Source: Anthoceros angustus (lineage: Eukaryota > Plantae > Anthocerotophyta). Taken from it: DNA of 64,000 bases. The stretch's first letter is position 1. Each line of letters begins with the position of its first letter. The DNA lies in NCBI GenBank assembly GCA_010909165.1, contig VJWM01000238.1, positions 199,775-263,774 of the forward strand, written 5' to 3'. Below are positions 24,860 to 38,300 of this stretch, piece by piece. The notes under the pieces were generated by a model that was not told the DNA's origin, ran no database searches, and was given only the letters and a program-made list of their open reading frames with translations. The position numbers were made by a program, and so were the translations under genes.

Positions 24860-27800
24860 TACGGACCACAGGCGCCGATGGTGCGGTGGAAGTGCGGGGT
24901 GTGTAATTAAAGCGTGCCTCTAGATACGGTCGGGAGTGAACCTCATCAAGGGCCACAAAGGCAGTGGGGTTCACCACCTTGAGCCATCCACCAAAACCCT
25001 CGGGATGGCGGACATGTCGCGCAGCGCCAGGGAGTTGTCCGAGTCCAAGCCACCATAGCGGAGCCCCTATACATTAGATTTTGTCGTCATCGGACCCGGA
25101 CCCACAGGGTATGAGGTCTGTTAGGGGGCCTTGGGCCTCGCTCGGACAAAACTACACTTGGACGGAAGGAAATACACTTCAAGCCGGTGGGTGGGATCCG
25201 AAGGTGAGGGAAGGACGGTAGCGATTACAGGAGTAAGGACGTCTTGTGGAGAAAGCCGGCCCAGGAGGGTACACCTCCCGAAGGCAGTGGGGACGATGAG
25301 CGAGGATACGAATGAGGACTACCCTTTCCCAAAATCACGTGGTCGAGGAGGAGATGGATTGGGAGGGCCTTTGGAGCGGAGGTGGGCGAGGAGGTCATCG
25401 ATTGTTTTAGGGTGGACTCTGCGCGGAGAGCGGGGAAGGCAATCAAGAGGAGGGTCCAGCGGAGGGCGGGAAGTAGGAGGAAACCGTTTCACTCGGACGA
25501 GCTCTTTGGGAGTGGGGAATGCGTGAAGATGAACCGGATGGAGGGCAGACGGTTGGCGGCGCAAGAGAAAGGAGGCAGTCAACGGGATGTGGAAGGCGTG
25601 GAGGTTCGCCCGAAATTCCTCAAATTCATGCATCGGAGGGTTAAACGAGACCTCACGATTGTTGGGGAATTCAGTGGGGTGTTTGCTTTCAAGGTCACGG
25701 ACATGAAAGGCATTCAAAGCGATTGGGAACCGGATAGATCTGAAGCCGAGGCGGTGCTGTTCGGATTAGGCGGTATAAAGCGAATCCCAAGCACTCGCTC
25801 AAGGTCAAGGAAGTCCTGGATAAGTATCACAGGCGGACATCATCTTCCCAATCGTAAGCGGTGAGTGGGTGGCGCCCATTGTGGTCGTGAAGAAGCGGCG
25901 AGGCGGTGATCGGGGCTCGCCACGGAAAGGACCATTTCCCATGCCCTTTGTGGACGACATCTCTTGGACAAGGTGGCGTCGGAGTACCTACTCCTTCGGC
26001 TACTCAAACCACATACACCTAAGGAGTCGGTGGGATAAGACAACATTCACCACGGAGTGGGGACGTTTACTACAAGTGCCTTGGGATACAGAGCACCGGA
26101 TCATTATGCGGATGGTGACCAATGTCTTAAATTCTGAGGACTTCATGGAGGTGTTCTTGGACCACGTGCGGAGAGGAGGACAAACACGTGGGACATTTGC
26201 GGAAGTGTTTGGAGCGATGTAGGGACTCAGCGTGCATCCAGAATGCTACTTGGCATAGCGAGAGGAATCTTGTTGGGGCAAGTCGGTAAGAGGGATAGAG
26301 GTGGACCAAGACAAGGTGAAAGTCATCCATCCTGCGGCCCAGAACTTGAAGGAGTTACGATTCACAGGCATGGTAGGTTACTATAGGCGTTTCATACAAG
26401 ATTTTGCAAAGCGGGCCTCCAGCTAGAGCTACTCGGGAAGGAGGAGGAATGGACACGGGCGCGAGAAAGGGCGGCATTCGAGACCTCAGACCACTCAGTG
26501 TGCCCGTACTCAAAGGACGGGAGAAGCGATTCCATGTATGCGTGGATGTGTCGCGCCATCGGGTAGTGCTCGATCAAAAAAGATAAGCGGAGGATCACCC
26601 AATCTACTACGGAAGGCGGCTCACGCCGAGCAGGTACACTACTACGGGCGGGAGGCATTGGGTATGGTATCGCGTTAAAATTCGAGACACTACCTTTAAT
26701 GAGTTTGTGTTCTATGTTGATCACTTGCGCTCAAGCATTTGGTGAACAAGGCGGACTTGTCGGATTGCGAGGTGGATTACATTGCTACAGGAGTTCACAT
26801 TTGAGGTGGAGACTAGGCAAGGGCGGCAACACGCGACTTCTTGTCCAGTTAAAGCGGGCCATCTGCGGGATCAAGAGGCGCCTTCCGGATGAGGAATTGG
26901 TGGCGGCGATAGAGGAGGAGGTAGAGGAGCACAGTAGGACAAACCCAAGGCGGTGAGCCCCTGGCGGGCGGAGAAGGGAGGCGGGCCGGGCGGCCCTCTT
27001 CTGCGAGTTGGAGCAGTACCTATGGGAGATGGAGCTACCAACGAATCGAACTGGGCCCAGCCTTTGTGCACTCGCTCGCCCTTTCCGGGTATAGCAGTGC
27101 ATCTTTAAGGTAGGCGGACGGTGTGGAGCGAAGGTACCTCCAGCAGTGAGCGGAGGTGGTAATAAAGGGGATGCACGACACTAGGTGGTGGACATTGCGT
27201 GAGTCACCACCAAGAAAATCTTGGAGGGTGAGTCTTGGTGGCCCACCATGTATGGGGAAACACACCATTTGTGAAGAAGTGTGATGCTTGTCGTGGATCG
27301 GGAAGCCGGCCACAACTCAATGGCCGTTAGTGCCCATACTAGCACTAGCGCCTTTTGAGAAATGGGGCATCGACCCGTTGGACCTATCGATAGCGACCGG
27401 GCACACGGTACATCTTGGTGGCGGACTCGCACCGGTGGGTTGGGCGGTCGCTACGAGCGGACTCTGCGAGCACGGTGGCCAAATTCCTCTCGAAAACATC
27501 ATCACAAGGTATGGGTGTCCGTTGCTGGTAGCGATAGGGGAACCCATTTCCTCAATGATGTGATAAGCGCAATGACGGACTATTTCGGCATCACACATCG
27601 TAAAACGGCCCCTACAATCCAAGGCCAGCGATGTGGAAGACCAATGGACTTATCGCATCCTCAATAAAATGACGGTTAACTATGCGCACGATGGGATACA
27701 AAGCGCCATCTATGGGCGTTGAGCGGAAGGTAACCACGCATAGCGAACTCCGTGCTCGACCTATGGGCACTCACCCGTTATGCGGTCGAGTTTGAGGTGC

Positions 27801-28521
27801 CAACACTCCGGGTCATGATGGAAAGGCGCTTAACGGATGAAGAGCCAAGCTGGAGCGGTTGCTAGGGTTTTGTCTGACGGAGGACCGGGAAGAGGCGCAG
27901 CGAATGCAAGGCATAATCAACGCAATGACGGACTATTTCGCATCACACATCGTGACGGCCCCTACAATCCAAGGCCAGCGGTGTGAGAAGACCAATGGAC
28001 TTATCCGCATCCTCAATAAGTGACGGTTAACTATGCGCACGATACAAAGGCCGCCATCGGCGCTATGGGCGTTCGAGCGGCAGAAGGTAACCACGCGAAC
28101 TCCGTATCTCGACCTATGGGCACTCACCCGTTATGCCGGTCGAGTTTGAGGTGCCAACACTCCGGGTCATGATGGAAAGGCGCTTAACGGATGAAGAGAG
28201 CCAACTGGAGCGGTTGCTAGGGTTTTGTCTGACACGGAGGACCGGGAAGAGGCGCAACAGCGAATGCAACTGGTACAGAATCAACGCAAGCTGTGGCATG
28301 ATAGGCGCCTTAGGAATCAGGAGTATGTGAAGGAGGGAGATCTGGCCCTCCTTTACGACAGCCGACATATGCACTTCCCAGGTAAACTCCACCTACGATG
28401 GATGGGGCCTTACCAAGTCGTACGAGTATACCCCAATGGGTCCGTTCAGCTTCGGCAGTTGGATGGTGAACTGCTGCCCACTCGGGTGAACGGGTGGCGG
28501 GTGAAAAAGTACCACGCTTAG
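24860..28521 (+). CDS. pol: Pol: aspartic protease, reverse transcriptase, RNase H, integrase (frameshifted)
   Basis: LDT(G)SGVNLI ~24920; WVAPIVVVKK, FPMPFVDDI, KTTFTTEWG, FMEVFLD ~25865-26165; FHVCVDVS and LLQEFTFEV ~26530-26810; WWPTM, PFEKWGID, ENIITRYGCP, SDRGTHFLN, and PGKLHLRWMGPYQVVRVYPNGSVQL...RVNGWRVKKYHA* ending 28521. Confidence 0.93.
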
Positions 28522-28541
28522 TGTTGGCGGAGGCAAGCGGT

Positions 28542-28553
28542 GAGAAGGGAGTA
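28542..28553 (+). other. Polypurine tract
   Basis: GAGAAGGGAGTA immediately before TGTGGAC of the 3' LTR, ~20 bp after the integrase stop. Confidence 0.75.
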
Positions 28554-31500
28554 TGTGGACTACGGACTTCCAGGGGTTAGAAATTAGGTAGGTTTTGTTT
28601 TTGTGGGAGGCGAAGGATAAAATGAGGCGAAAAGGAGGAAATAAGCCGGTTAGCACTCGGGCACTCGGAGTATACTCCGACTCGGAGTGAGGCGTGCCTA
28701 GACCTACGATGGCGGGCGGCAGGGTAAGTCCGGACCCACTCCAGGACCAGGCGGGATAAATCGCGGAAGTAACTTAGAAGTTGGGCGTAAGGGCCGGAGG
28801 CGGCGCCACGTGGGCGACCACAGTGGAGGGCAGGCATGCGTGGTCGGGACCGTAACCTTGCAGGCCGTTATAGCGGTATTCACGCCGCTGGGCAGCGGAG
28901 TAAGGCCAGTAAGCGCGAGTAAGCCATGCGAGACCTCGGCGATTCTGGACGAGGAAGAGGCGCCCTCAGCCGGTTACTCCGGCGTGGTCGCGGAAGAAGG
29001 TCATTTCGCGGCCTCGAGACAATTCTCGCGATCTCTTGCGCTCCGCAATCCGGCTCTCTGGCGGTATCTCGTGGGACACTCGGACGTCTTCGGGCGCGGC
29101 TCACCGTTGAGGTCGGAGAAGCGAGCAGCGAGGCGTGCGGTCTTACAAGCGGCGGCAACCGGAGAAGGCGATGGCACCCAAAAGCCGCGGAAGTTTGGGA
29201 GCCATGGAACCTTGTGGAGCGCAACATTGTGACCGCGCTATCCGGACTTTGGGCTCGCTCCGAGGCGGGGTGGTGCGGGAGTGGCATTTGGATGTGTTCC
29301 AAATGGTCCGGACATTTGGCACTCTGGTCGGGAGTTTGCGGAAGATCTTGGCGGTCAACAAGGAGGTGCGGTCCAAGAACCTCCGGAGGACCCAAGGCGA
29401 TGGACCTTGGAGGTCTGAGGCGGCCTACCGCCCAAGGAGGGAGTGGTGCGGGCCCCTCAAGGCGAAGGGAAGATAGGTCCACGGCGATGCTAAGGCTGGG
29501 GCAGCGGACCCAGCGGTTGGTGATATCCAGACTGTTGACGGTGGTCGAGTAGGCGGTGGCCGGATCATCGTCCTGGAACCTACTCACCAAGGTGGATCAC
29601 CTTGGTGATAATCTATTAGTGTTCACCTGCAGCGTTGCGGGGAAGAAGGCGGGGAAGGATTATCTTCGCCCGGTTTAGCGAGGCTCATAGCTCGGGGCGA
29701 AGCCCCGCCATCAGGGCATCCCCATACACGATCCATGTATGGGGCATTTGAACTCCTCGGGAAGGAGAGCTTGAGCGGCTCGGAAAGGGCTGGGAGGAGT
29801 GGGCGGGCAAGGCGGAGGAGGAGGCGGTCGAAAAAAAGCGGACTCGGGAGGAGGATGGCGGGAGGATTCCGGACTCCATACGTGGAGCGGACCCCTCACC
29901 ACCCAGTATGGGAAGCAATTCCTCCCTCCTGGTGCCCCAGCAGGCAGCAGTGGCCCGGCCCCCGGCCCGCCATCACTCGGTGAGCCCCGGACCGGAGGCG
30001 AAGAGGCCAAGACCACGGCTGCGGCACCCAGTCGGTGCCGGTACCTCTTCCCTGCGGGTGGCAAGCGGAGGAAGCGATGGGAGGCGAGAAGGAAGGCCGG
30101 GAGGCGGAGGACAGCGGCCGCATCAGGCGTCTCGCCCGGCGGAAGGGGCAAAAGGCGTGCTCCGGACTCCATCACCTCCGAGCCCAGGAGAAAAGGCGGA
30201 GAAGGAGCTCGCGCCAAAAGGGCCAAGGAGGAAGAGGGGGGTGGTGCGGGCCCCTCAAGGCGAAGGGAAGATAGGTCCAGCCACAGCGATGCTAAGGCAC
30301 AGGGCGCAGCGGACCTGTGTTGGTGATATCCACATGGACGAGTCGTGGCGGATCGCCATCACTGGAACCTACTCACCAAGGTGGATCACCTTGGTGATAA
30401 TCTATTAGTGTTCCCGCAGCGCGGGGAAGAGGGTGGGAAGGATTATCTTCGCCCGGTTTAGCGAGGCTCAGCTCGGGGCGAAGCCCCGCCATCGGTCCCC
30501 ATACGATCCATGTATGGGGCATTTCAACTCCTCGGGAAGGAGAGCTTGAGCGCTCGGAAGGGCCCGAGGCCCTCCGGGAGTGGAGCGGGCAAGGCCGGGA
30601 GGAGGCAGTCGACAAAAACCAAACGGACTCGGGAGGAGGATGGCGGAGGATTCGGACTCCATACGTGGAGCGGACCCCTCACCACCCAGTATGGGAAGCA
30701 ATTCCTCCTCCTTCGGTACTGCCAGGCAGCCGAGCGGCGCGGCCCCAGCGCCACGGCCATCACTCCGGTGAGCCCGCCGGACCGGAGAGCCGAAGCGCAA
30801 GACCACGGCTACGCACCCCAGTCGGTGCAGTACCTCTTCCCACAGTGGCAAGAAGCGGAGGAAGCGATGGGAGGCGAAGGGGCCGCCCGGGAGGCGAGGA
30901 GCACAGCAGCAGCCGGGCAGTCATCGCCGGCGGAAGGGGCAAAAGGCGTGCTCCGGACTCCATCACCTCCGCCGAGCCCGAGGAAAAAGGCGGAGAAGGA
31001 GCTCATGCCAAAAGGGCCAAGGAGGGGAAGCTCGGACTCGGCCTCGGGACCTAAGGGTCTGATTGGGTCGAGAACCAGTCCGGACTTGCTCGGGGCTGCG
31101 GTATGGAGGTCCTTGACGGACCGAGATCCGGCTCCGACGGACTTTGTGGGAGCCTCACGGCGGCCGTGGAGGAAACACGGCGGGTCAGCTACCGTCATGG
31201 ACGGTATGCTCAGAGTCTGTCTTGGGATGGCAGAAGGCCGGAGGTGGAAGCCACCGGGCGCATGGTGCTCCTCCGAGGCAGTTGGAGGAGCCAGGCGAGA
31301 AGGAAGGCCGGCTCTCGGGATTGAGGAAGGAAGCCGGGAGGCGGAGAGGAGGTTTGGTCCATCGCAGGGGCCGGACCAAATTCCTTTGGAGGAGCAGTGG
31401 CAGCCAAGGAGGCCCAAGCAGGCGGAGGACCTCTGAGGCGGAGGCGGAGGCGAGGAGGCGAGAAGGAAGGCCGGGAGGCGGAGGCGGAGGCGGAGGACCT

Positions 31501-34500
31501 CGGGAAGGAGGCGGCCGGCGGACGAGCCAAGGCTGGAGGCTCGGTGAAGGTGGCCAGGAGGCGGAGGCCACGGCGAGGCCGATCGCGATCACTATCGGCG
31601 TGATCGGGCCGGTGGAGGCGGCCAGGAGCGGCCAATCGAAGGCCGAGCAAGTGGCGCGGAGCAAAGCAGTCGAGCCGTGAGGAGGCGGAGGCCCGGCACG
31701 GGATTGGGGACCTCGAGTGCAGTGCGAGGTAGAAGGCGGAGGCGGGGCTGGAGGACAACAAGGACACCTTGGGTTGCAACTCCAAGATGCATCGCGCGGG
31801 GGTTCTCAACGAGAGAATCCAAGACTTCGAGCGAGAGGTGGAGCCTCCAGCTCCGCTTGAAGACGGAGGAGAAGCGGGTGCAAGGAGTTCGGCGTCGCCG
31901 GTTCGGCGGGATGTGGCGGAAGCTGAGCCTGACGGGATACCGCCCGCCTGGAGAAGGAAGTGGAGGACCTCCGGAAAGAATAGAAGAAGGGAGGAAGCCT
32001 TTGGAGGAAAAGTCTGCTGCTCGTCCGGTTGCGAAGCGAAGGAGCTCGGCTCCATGGCCCGCAAAATGGCGGAGGCGGAGGACAACAAGGACACCTTTGG
32101 AGGAGAGGAGGAGAGCGGCGGCGAAGGTTGCAAGAGGTGAGGCAGCCTTGGCGGCCTCAAGAGTCCGCCTACGGTGGTGAGCTTGGCCACGGAGGCAGGC
32201 GCGGGCGGGCGATCTGCTCGATTCTGGAGCACCTTTGGAGGAGAATGCAGGTGCTCGGGCTCATGTGGAGGAGGCGATTCAGCAAGTCGATTCCGACCGC
32301 CTACTACCGAGCTCCTCAAGGCTCTGGAGGTCTGCGCCACCCTAGGCGGGAGGTGGACTTCGGAAGGAGGAGGAGGCGAGAAGGAAGTGGAGCGGACCGG
32401 GGGCGGCACCAGGAGTCCTAGGAGGGTTGACAGCGGCAGCAGCGGCGAAGGAGGCGGCGGAGGAGGCCGGGAGGAGGAAGGGCCACACAGGAGGTAAGCC
32501 CTCGGCACCCTCGCATGGAAGGACGAGGGAGGATCTTGAAGGGAAAGGGGCAAAGGCGTGCTCCTGACTCCATCACCTCCGCCGAGCCCTGGAGAAAAGG
32601 CGGAGAAGGAGCTCGCGCCAAAAGGGCCAAGGAGGGGAAGCTCCGAGCCAAGACTCGTGACCTAAGGGTCCCGATTGTCCGAGAACCCACCGGACTTACC
32701 CGATCTGGTATGGAGGTCCTGACGTGGATGCCGGCCCCCACGGACTTTGTGGGAGCCTCATCACAGCGGAGGAAACACCGCCACCGCCATGGACGGTATG
32801 CCTGGGTCTCGGATGGCCGAGAAGGCCTGGAGGTGGAAGCCACCCGAGGCGCATGGTGCTCCTCCGAGCTTGGAGGGAGCCCAGAGGCGAGAAGGAAGGC
32901 AAGCTCGGATTGATTGAGGAAGGCCGGGAGGCGGAGAGGGAGGTTTGGTCCATCCGCGATCGACCAAATTCCTTCACCGAGGAACAAGTGCCAAGGAGGC
33001 CCAAGCGGAGGACCTCTGCAGAGGGCGAGCGCAACAGAAGCGAGGACGCCCGGGCGCAAGAACGGGCGGGATCTCGCGAGGCAGCCCGACCGACCGAGCC
33101 AAGCCGAGAGGCTCGTGAAGGTGGCCAAGGAGGCGGAGGCCACGGCGAAGGCCGATCGCGATCACGGCGTGATCGAACCGTGGAGGAGGCGGCCGAGAGA
33201 GCCGGCCAATCAAGGCCGAGCAAGTGGTCAGCAAGCACGTTGAGCTGAGGAGGCGCTGAGGCCAAGACCCGGGAGATTGGGGACCTCGGTGCACCGCAGG
33301 AGGTAGAAGGCGGGTGAGCCGGAGGACAACAAGGACACCTTGGAGTTGCAACCCAAGATGACGGAGCGCAGGGGTTCTCAACGAGAGAATCCAAGACTTC
33401 GAGCGAGAGGTGAACGCCCAGCCCGCTTGAAGACGGAGGAGAACAAAGGGCGGTGCAAGGAGTTCGACGCCGCAAGTTGCGAGATGTGGCGGAAGCCGAG
33501 TGACGGATACCGCCCGCCTGGAGAAGGAAGTGGAGGACCTCCGGGAAAGAATAGAAGAAGGGAGGAAGGCACTGGAGGAAAAGGTACAGCTCGTCCGGTT
33601 GCAGGAAGCAGAAGGAGAGCTCAGCTCCATGGCCCGCAAAATGGCGGAGCTGAAGCAACAACGGGAGGAGGAGAACGCCGAGCAGCAGCGAAGGTTGCAA
33701 GAGGTAACGGAGGCAGCCTTGACGGCCTCAAGGGAGTCCGCCCGCCCATACCGTGAGCTTGGCCACGAGACAGCCAACGGGCGATCCGCCCGCCACGAGC
33801 ACCTGGAGGAGGGAGTACCGGGTGCTCCGGGCTCATGTGGAGGAGGCGATTCAGCAAGTCGATTCCGACCGCCTACTACCACGCAGCTCCTCAAGGCTGA
33901 GGTCCCGCGCCACCCTAGGCGGGAGGGTGGACTTCGGAAGGACGAGGGAGGAGGCGAGGAGGACGGACCCGGGACAAGACAACCTGGAGTCCTAGGAGCG
34001 CTGCTTGACGACGGCAGCAGCAGCGAAGGAGAGGGAGGAACCGGGAGGAGGAAGGGGCGCCACACCGAGGTAAGCCCCCGACCTCGCATGGAAGGACGAG
34101 GGAGGATCTTGAAGGGAAAGGGGCAACCGGGCATTCGGGAACCAAGGGAGGGCTCGATGGATGAACCCGTGGCTAGCCCGTGAGGAGGCATGCCGAGCGA
34201 GGTCGGACTTTGTCCGGACTCAGAAAGGACCAGGGTCGGCCCCAGGTCTGGACTTAGGGATCCAGACTCTGGTAGTCCGGACCACGAGGTCCGGACCCTG
34301 TGGAAGGGTTGGGTCGAGGCCGGACCCGGAGGCCGGACCTAGAGGTCCGGACTGAAGGCGGGCCGGAGGCCGGACCCGGAGGAAGGCCGGACCTAGAGGT
34401 CCGGACTCGAGTCGAGGCAGTCTGAGGTCCAAACTCGGGAGTGGGGAGAGCCGTCCACCCCCAGATCCAACCCTTGAGGGCCCAGCGAGGGCCGCCGAGA

Positions 34501-35352
34501 GAGAAGAGGGAGGACGAGGAGGACTTGGTGGTACCGCGTTGTCGAGCCGCCGCCGGTGGCGCAGCAGACCCTCGGGAAGAGGAAGGGTCCCCGCGGATCA
34601 TCCGATTGGGTGCTTGCGCCGGCGGGGCTCGGCTTTGGGCCGCCGGTGCCAAGAAGGAATGAGGGGCCAGCCCACCGTGGCGGCGATAGGTGGAATAAGC
34701 GGTAGTAGGCGGTGGTTAGGGGTACCTGGTGGCCCTCGGCTCGAATAGAGGTGTAATAAAGGCGCCGACCTTGTAGTATAAGAGGGCTAAGGCCTACAGA
34801 TAAATCATCTTTCTCTTGGTGTTGATCGCGTTCTTGCGAGACCTTGTGTGTCTTCTTGCTAACGTGAGTCCCGAGTCACCGAGCACGGCGGCTCGGGAGA
34901 TTGATCGGGGTCACTGGTAGCGGACCTAGCGTGTTGTGGTGTGTGGGGAAGGTGGCGGTGACCCGTGCTCGTCGGCCCGACCCGGCTGCCGAGCAATTTG
35001 GGCGTGTGGCCGGAGGAACTCGGGAGGCGTGGAGCCGGACGGAGGCCGGACCTAGAGGTCCGGACCCGGAGGAGGACGTTGTGTAACCAGCGTCTTTTCT
35101 AAGGCGGTGTAAGCGTGAGGGGAGAGAGAAGGGATGTGGTGGCGGATGTGAGCGATACGGTGCAGGTCCTAAGCGTTTAGCCATCAGGCTGTCTGAAACG
35201 TTGTGAGTAGTTAGGAGTATGTGTGTTGAGATCGAGCCGGCGCTAAGTGCGGTAGGAATCACACAGGCAGCAGTAAGGGCTATCATTCCTTTGGGAACGG
35301 ACTTCTTCCCTACAACGACACGGATTGTGCCGGGCCATGTTGATCGGCCACA
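28554..35352 (+). repeat. 3' LTR (copy D) containing the accessory ORF (~28926-34662), inflated by internal tandem duplications
   Basis: TGTGGACTACGGACTTCC...GGCCACA; same ORF motifs, TATA box and U5 as the 5' LTR. Confidence 0.88.
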
Positions 35353-38300
35353 AGCTGGCACCTCTCGCGCAGTGCACCCCCTCACGGAGTGGCAAGCGGA
35401 GGAAGCGATGGGAGGCGGAGAGGGCCCTTGAGGAGGCGAGGAGGACACCCAGTAGCGGCCCACTTGGGCCGGTCATCGACCGGCGGAAGGGGCAAAAGGG
35501 CTTGCTCCAGACTCCTCACCTCAGGCCCAGGAGAAAAGAGGGCGGAGAAGGAGCTCGCGGCCAAAGAGGCCAGGAGGTGGCTCGGGAGCTCGGCCTCGGG
35601 GACCTAAGGGTCTGATTAGGTCCGGACCACGAGGTCGGACTTACTCGGACAGTATGGAGGTCCTTGGCGGACCGTGAAATCTCCGCTCACCGGACTTTGT
35701 GGGAGCCTCACAGTGGCCGTGGAAGAAACACGGGTCACAGCTACCGTCATGGACGGTATGCTTTGGGGTCTCTGGATGGCCGAGAAGACCCGGAGGTAGA
35801 AGCCACCGGGCGCATGGTACTCCTCCGTGAGCAGCTGGAGGGGCCCAGAGGCAGAAGGAAGGCCAAGCTCGGCCGATTGAGGAAGGGAACGCCGGAGGCC
35901 GAGAGGGAGGTCCGTCCATCCGCAAGGACCGGACTAAATTCCTTCAGTGGAGGCGGTGAGCGAGCTAAGGAGGCCCAGGTGAGGACCTCTGTGACGGAGG
36001 CGGCGAGGCGGAGGAGGCCGGGCGCAAGCGGCAGGCGGAGGAGGCGGAGGCGGCCCAGTGGACGAGCCAATGGAGGCTCGGTGAAGGTGGCCAGGAGGCG
36101 GAAGCCACGGCGGCCGATCGCGATCACTATCTCGGCGTGGTCGGGTGGAGGAGGCGGTGAGAGCCACGGCCAATCGAAGGCCGGCGGTGGCGTGAGCAGG
36201 CGGAGGAGGCGGAGGAGGCCGGCCAGGAAATCGGGGACCTCGAGGGTGCAGGGAGGTAGAAGGAGGCGGAGCCACGGCGGCCGATCGCGATCACTATCGG
36301 CGTGATCGGAACCCTGGAGGAGGCCGAGAGCCACGGCCAATCAAGGCCGAGCAGTGCAGAGCAAGCACGACGAGCCGCAAACACCGGAGGCCGAGAAGAC
36401 CCGGAAATCGGGGACCCTGTGCGCACTGGCAGGAGGTAGAAGGGAGGCGGAGGAGTTGGAGGACAAGAAGGACACCTTGGAGTTACAACTCCAAGGCAGC
36501 GTCGGAGCGACAAGGGTTCTCAATGAGAGAATCCAGGACTTGACGGGAGATGGCGCCTCCGGCACGAAGATGGAGGCGGGGAGGTGGCGGAGCAGCCGGA
36601 CCCCGGGGCCAGAAGTTCGCGACAAGGAGATGGAGGATCTCGGACTCTCCGGGAGGTGGAGGCGGCGGAGATGGAGGACCGCAAGGAGACTTTGGGCTGA
36701 CAAACTATCATTGAGAGGAATGGTAGTCTGCGGGACATGGTCGGAGCGGAAAAAATGCTCTCGGCTCTGTTGGCGGACAGTCGATGCGATGGAGCAGGGG
36801 AGGCGGGGCGTCGCCGAGATGGAGAAGGGGCACAGGCGAAGCCGCGATCCCAGATGTTGCGGCCGTGGGCGGAGATGGCGGAGTTAACGGCGGAATGGAC
36901 AAAGCGGGCGGGCAGACAAGAACTGGTCGGTGAGGAAGTCGGAAGGGGAGCTGGGCGGGCAAGGTGGCGTGAGCAGGCGGAGGAGTTGGGCGGGTGGAGC
37001 AGCGGTTGCGGGAGGTGGCCGGCCTGGCGACCTCGCGAGCGGCCGGCTCCGGCTATCAAACTGGCGGGGAGGTGGAGCAACAAGCGCGCAGGCTCGGCTC
37101 CGGAGCACCTATGGCGAAGGGAGTATCGGGTGCTCGGGCGCGTGGAAGAGCAATCCGGCAAGTGGATTCGGACTTTGCCTATTACCACGGCTCCGAGCTC
37201 GGTAGAGGCCTCTGCGCCAGCTGCAATAAAATACGGACCCTGGAAGGCTCGGAGGGGAAGAAGGGGGCAGGGCGGCCAGGGGACCCTAGGGGCCCTGTTT
37301 GGGGGACGCAGCGGAGAGAAGAGCCCCAAGAGGAGGCGGGGCGGACCCCAGTAAGTTCACCACCACTCGGAGAAGGGGGTGGCCAGGCTGAAAGGGGGTC
37401 GAAGGAGGAGCCAACTGAACCAAGACAAGGGTCGGGGGTGAGGAGGAGGACCTAGCGATCAGGTCCACGGGAGTCGGGAGCTTGGGGACCCGGACCCGTA
37501 AGTCGGACCACGAGGTCCCAGGCAGGACCCGGCCGGCGGACTCGAAATAAGCGGACCCACAGGTTGGACTCGGAGTCGAGACCGGACCTCGAGGTCGGGA
37601 CTCGTGATGGAGGAGCCCCGACTTCTAGGAGGCGGATGGCGGTGGCCCCAGGAGGACCCATGGGGAGGCGGAGGAGGATGGCGTCGTGGTAGCGGTCGTC
37701 GCCGCCCATTGTGGCGGGATTCGGGAGAGGAGGTCCGCCTCGCGGATCATCCGATTAGGGTCTTGCCCATGGAGCGGGACGGAGATTGGACCACCAATCC
37801 CAAGGCGGAACTCGGGACCTTCCAGCCACAGAAGGAGATAGGGGAGGAATAGGATGGTAGGCGGCCGATTAGGGCATCTTGGTGGACCATTTCGAGAATA
37901 GGGGTGTAATAAAGGCGCGACACAGGCGTAGTATAAGAGGGTCACGCCTCAATAAATCATCTTTCTCTTGGTGTTGATGCCGCGTTCTTGCAGGACCTTG
38001 TGTGTCTTCTTGCTAACGTGAGTCTGAGTCCGGCGAGCCACGGCGCTCGGAGGATTGATCGGGGTCTGGTAGCCGGACCTAACGTGTTGTGGTGTGTGCG
38101 GGGAAGGTGGCCCGGGGGACCGTGCTCGTCGCAGCCCGGCCGAGCGGGCCGAGCGTGTGGCCGGAGGGACTCGGGAGGCGTCTGAGCCGGACGGAGGCAG
38201 TGGAGCAGCGGAGGAGGTCGGGCTGTGTAACCAGCGTCTTTCCTTAAGGCGGATAAGTGTGGTGTGAGTGGAGAGGAGCGGACGAGAGGTGTGAGGCAGG

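Larger units (their letters stand above)
16221..35352 (+). mobile_element. Full-length non-chromovirus (Athila-like) Ty3/Gypsy LTR retrotransposon
   Basis: 5'LTR-PBS-gag-PR-RT-RH-INT-PPT-3'LTR order; no chromodomain after the integrase; TSD not resolvable in the noisy sequence. Confidence 0.92.

Noticed and set aside
10500-37500. Many long minus-strand ORFs (e.g. 31210-32553, 32974-34191, 18432-19388)
   Set aside because: Shadow ORFs of a GC-rich, stop-poor plus-strand coding region; Ser/Pro/Leu low complexity and not conserved in frame between copies
37830-37856. Vestigial second polypurine tract after the LTR ORF (agaaggagataggggaggaatagga)
   Set aside because: Only loosely purine-rich in the other three LTR copies, and the whole ORF strand is purine-rich
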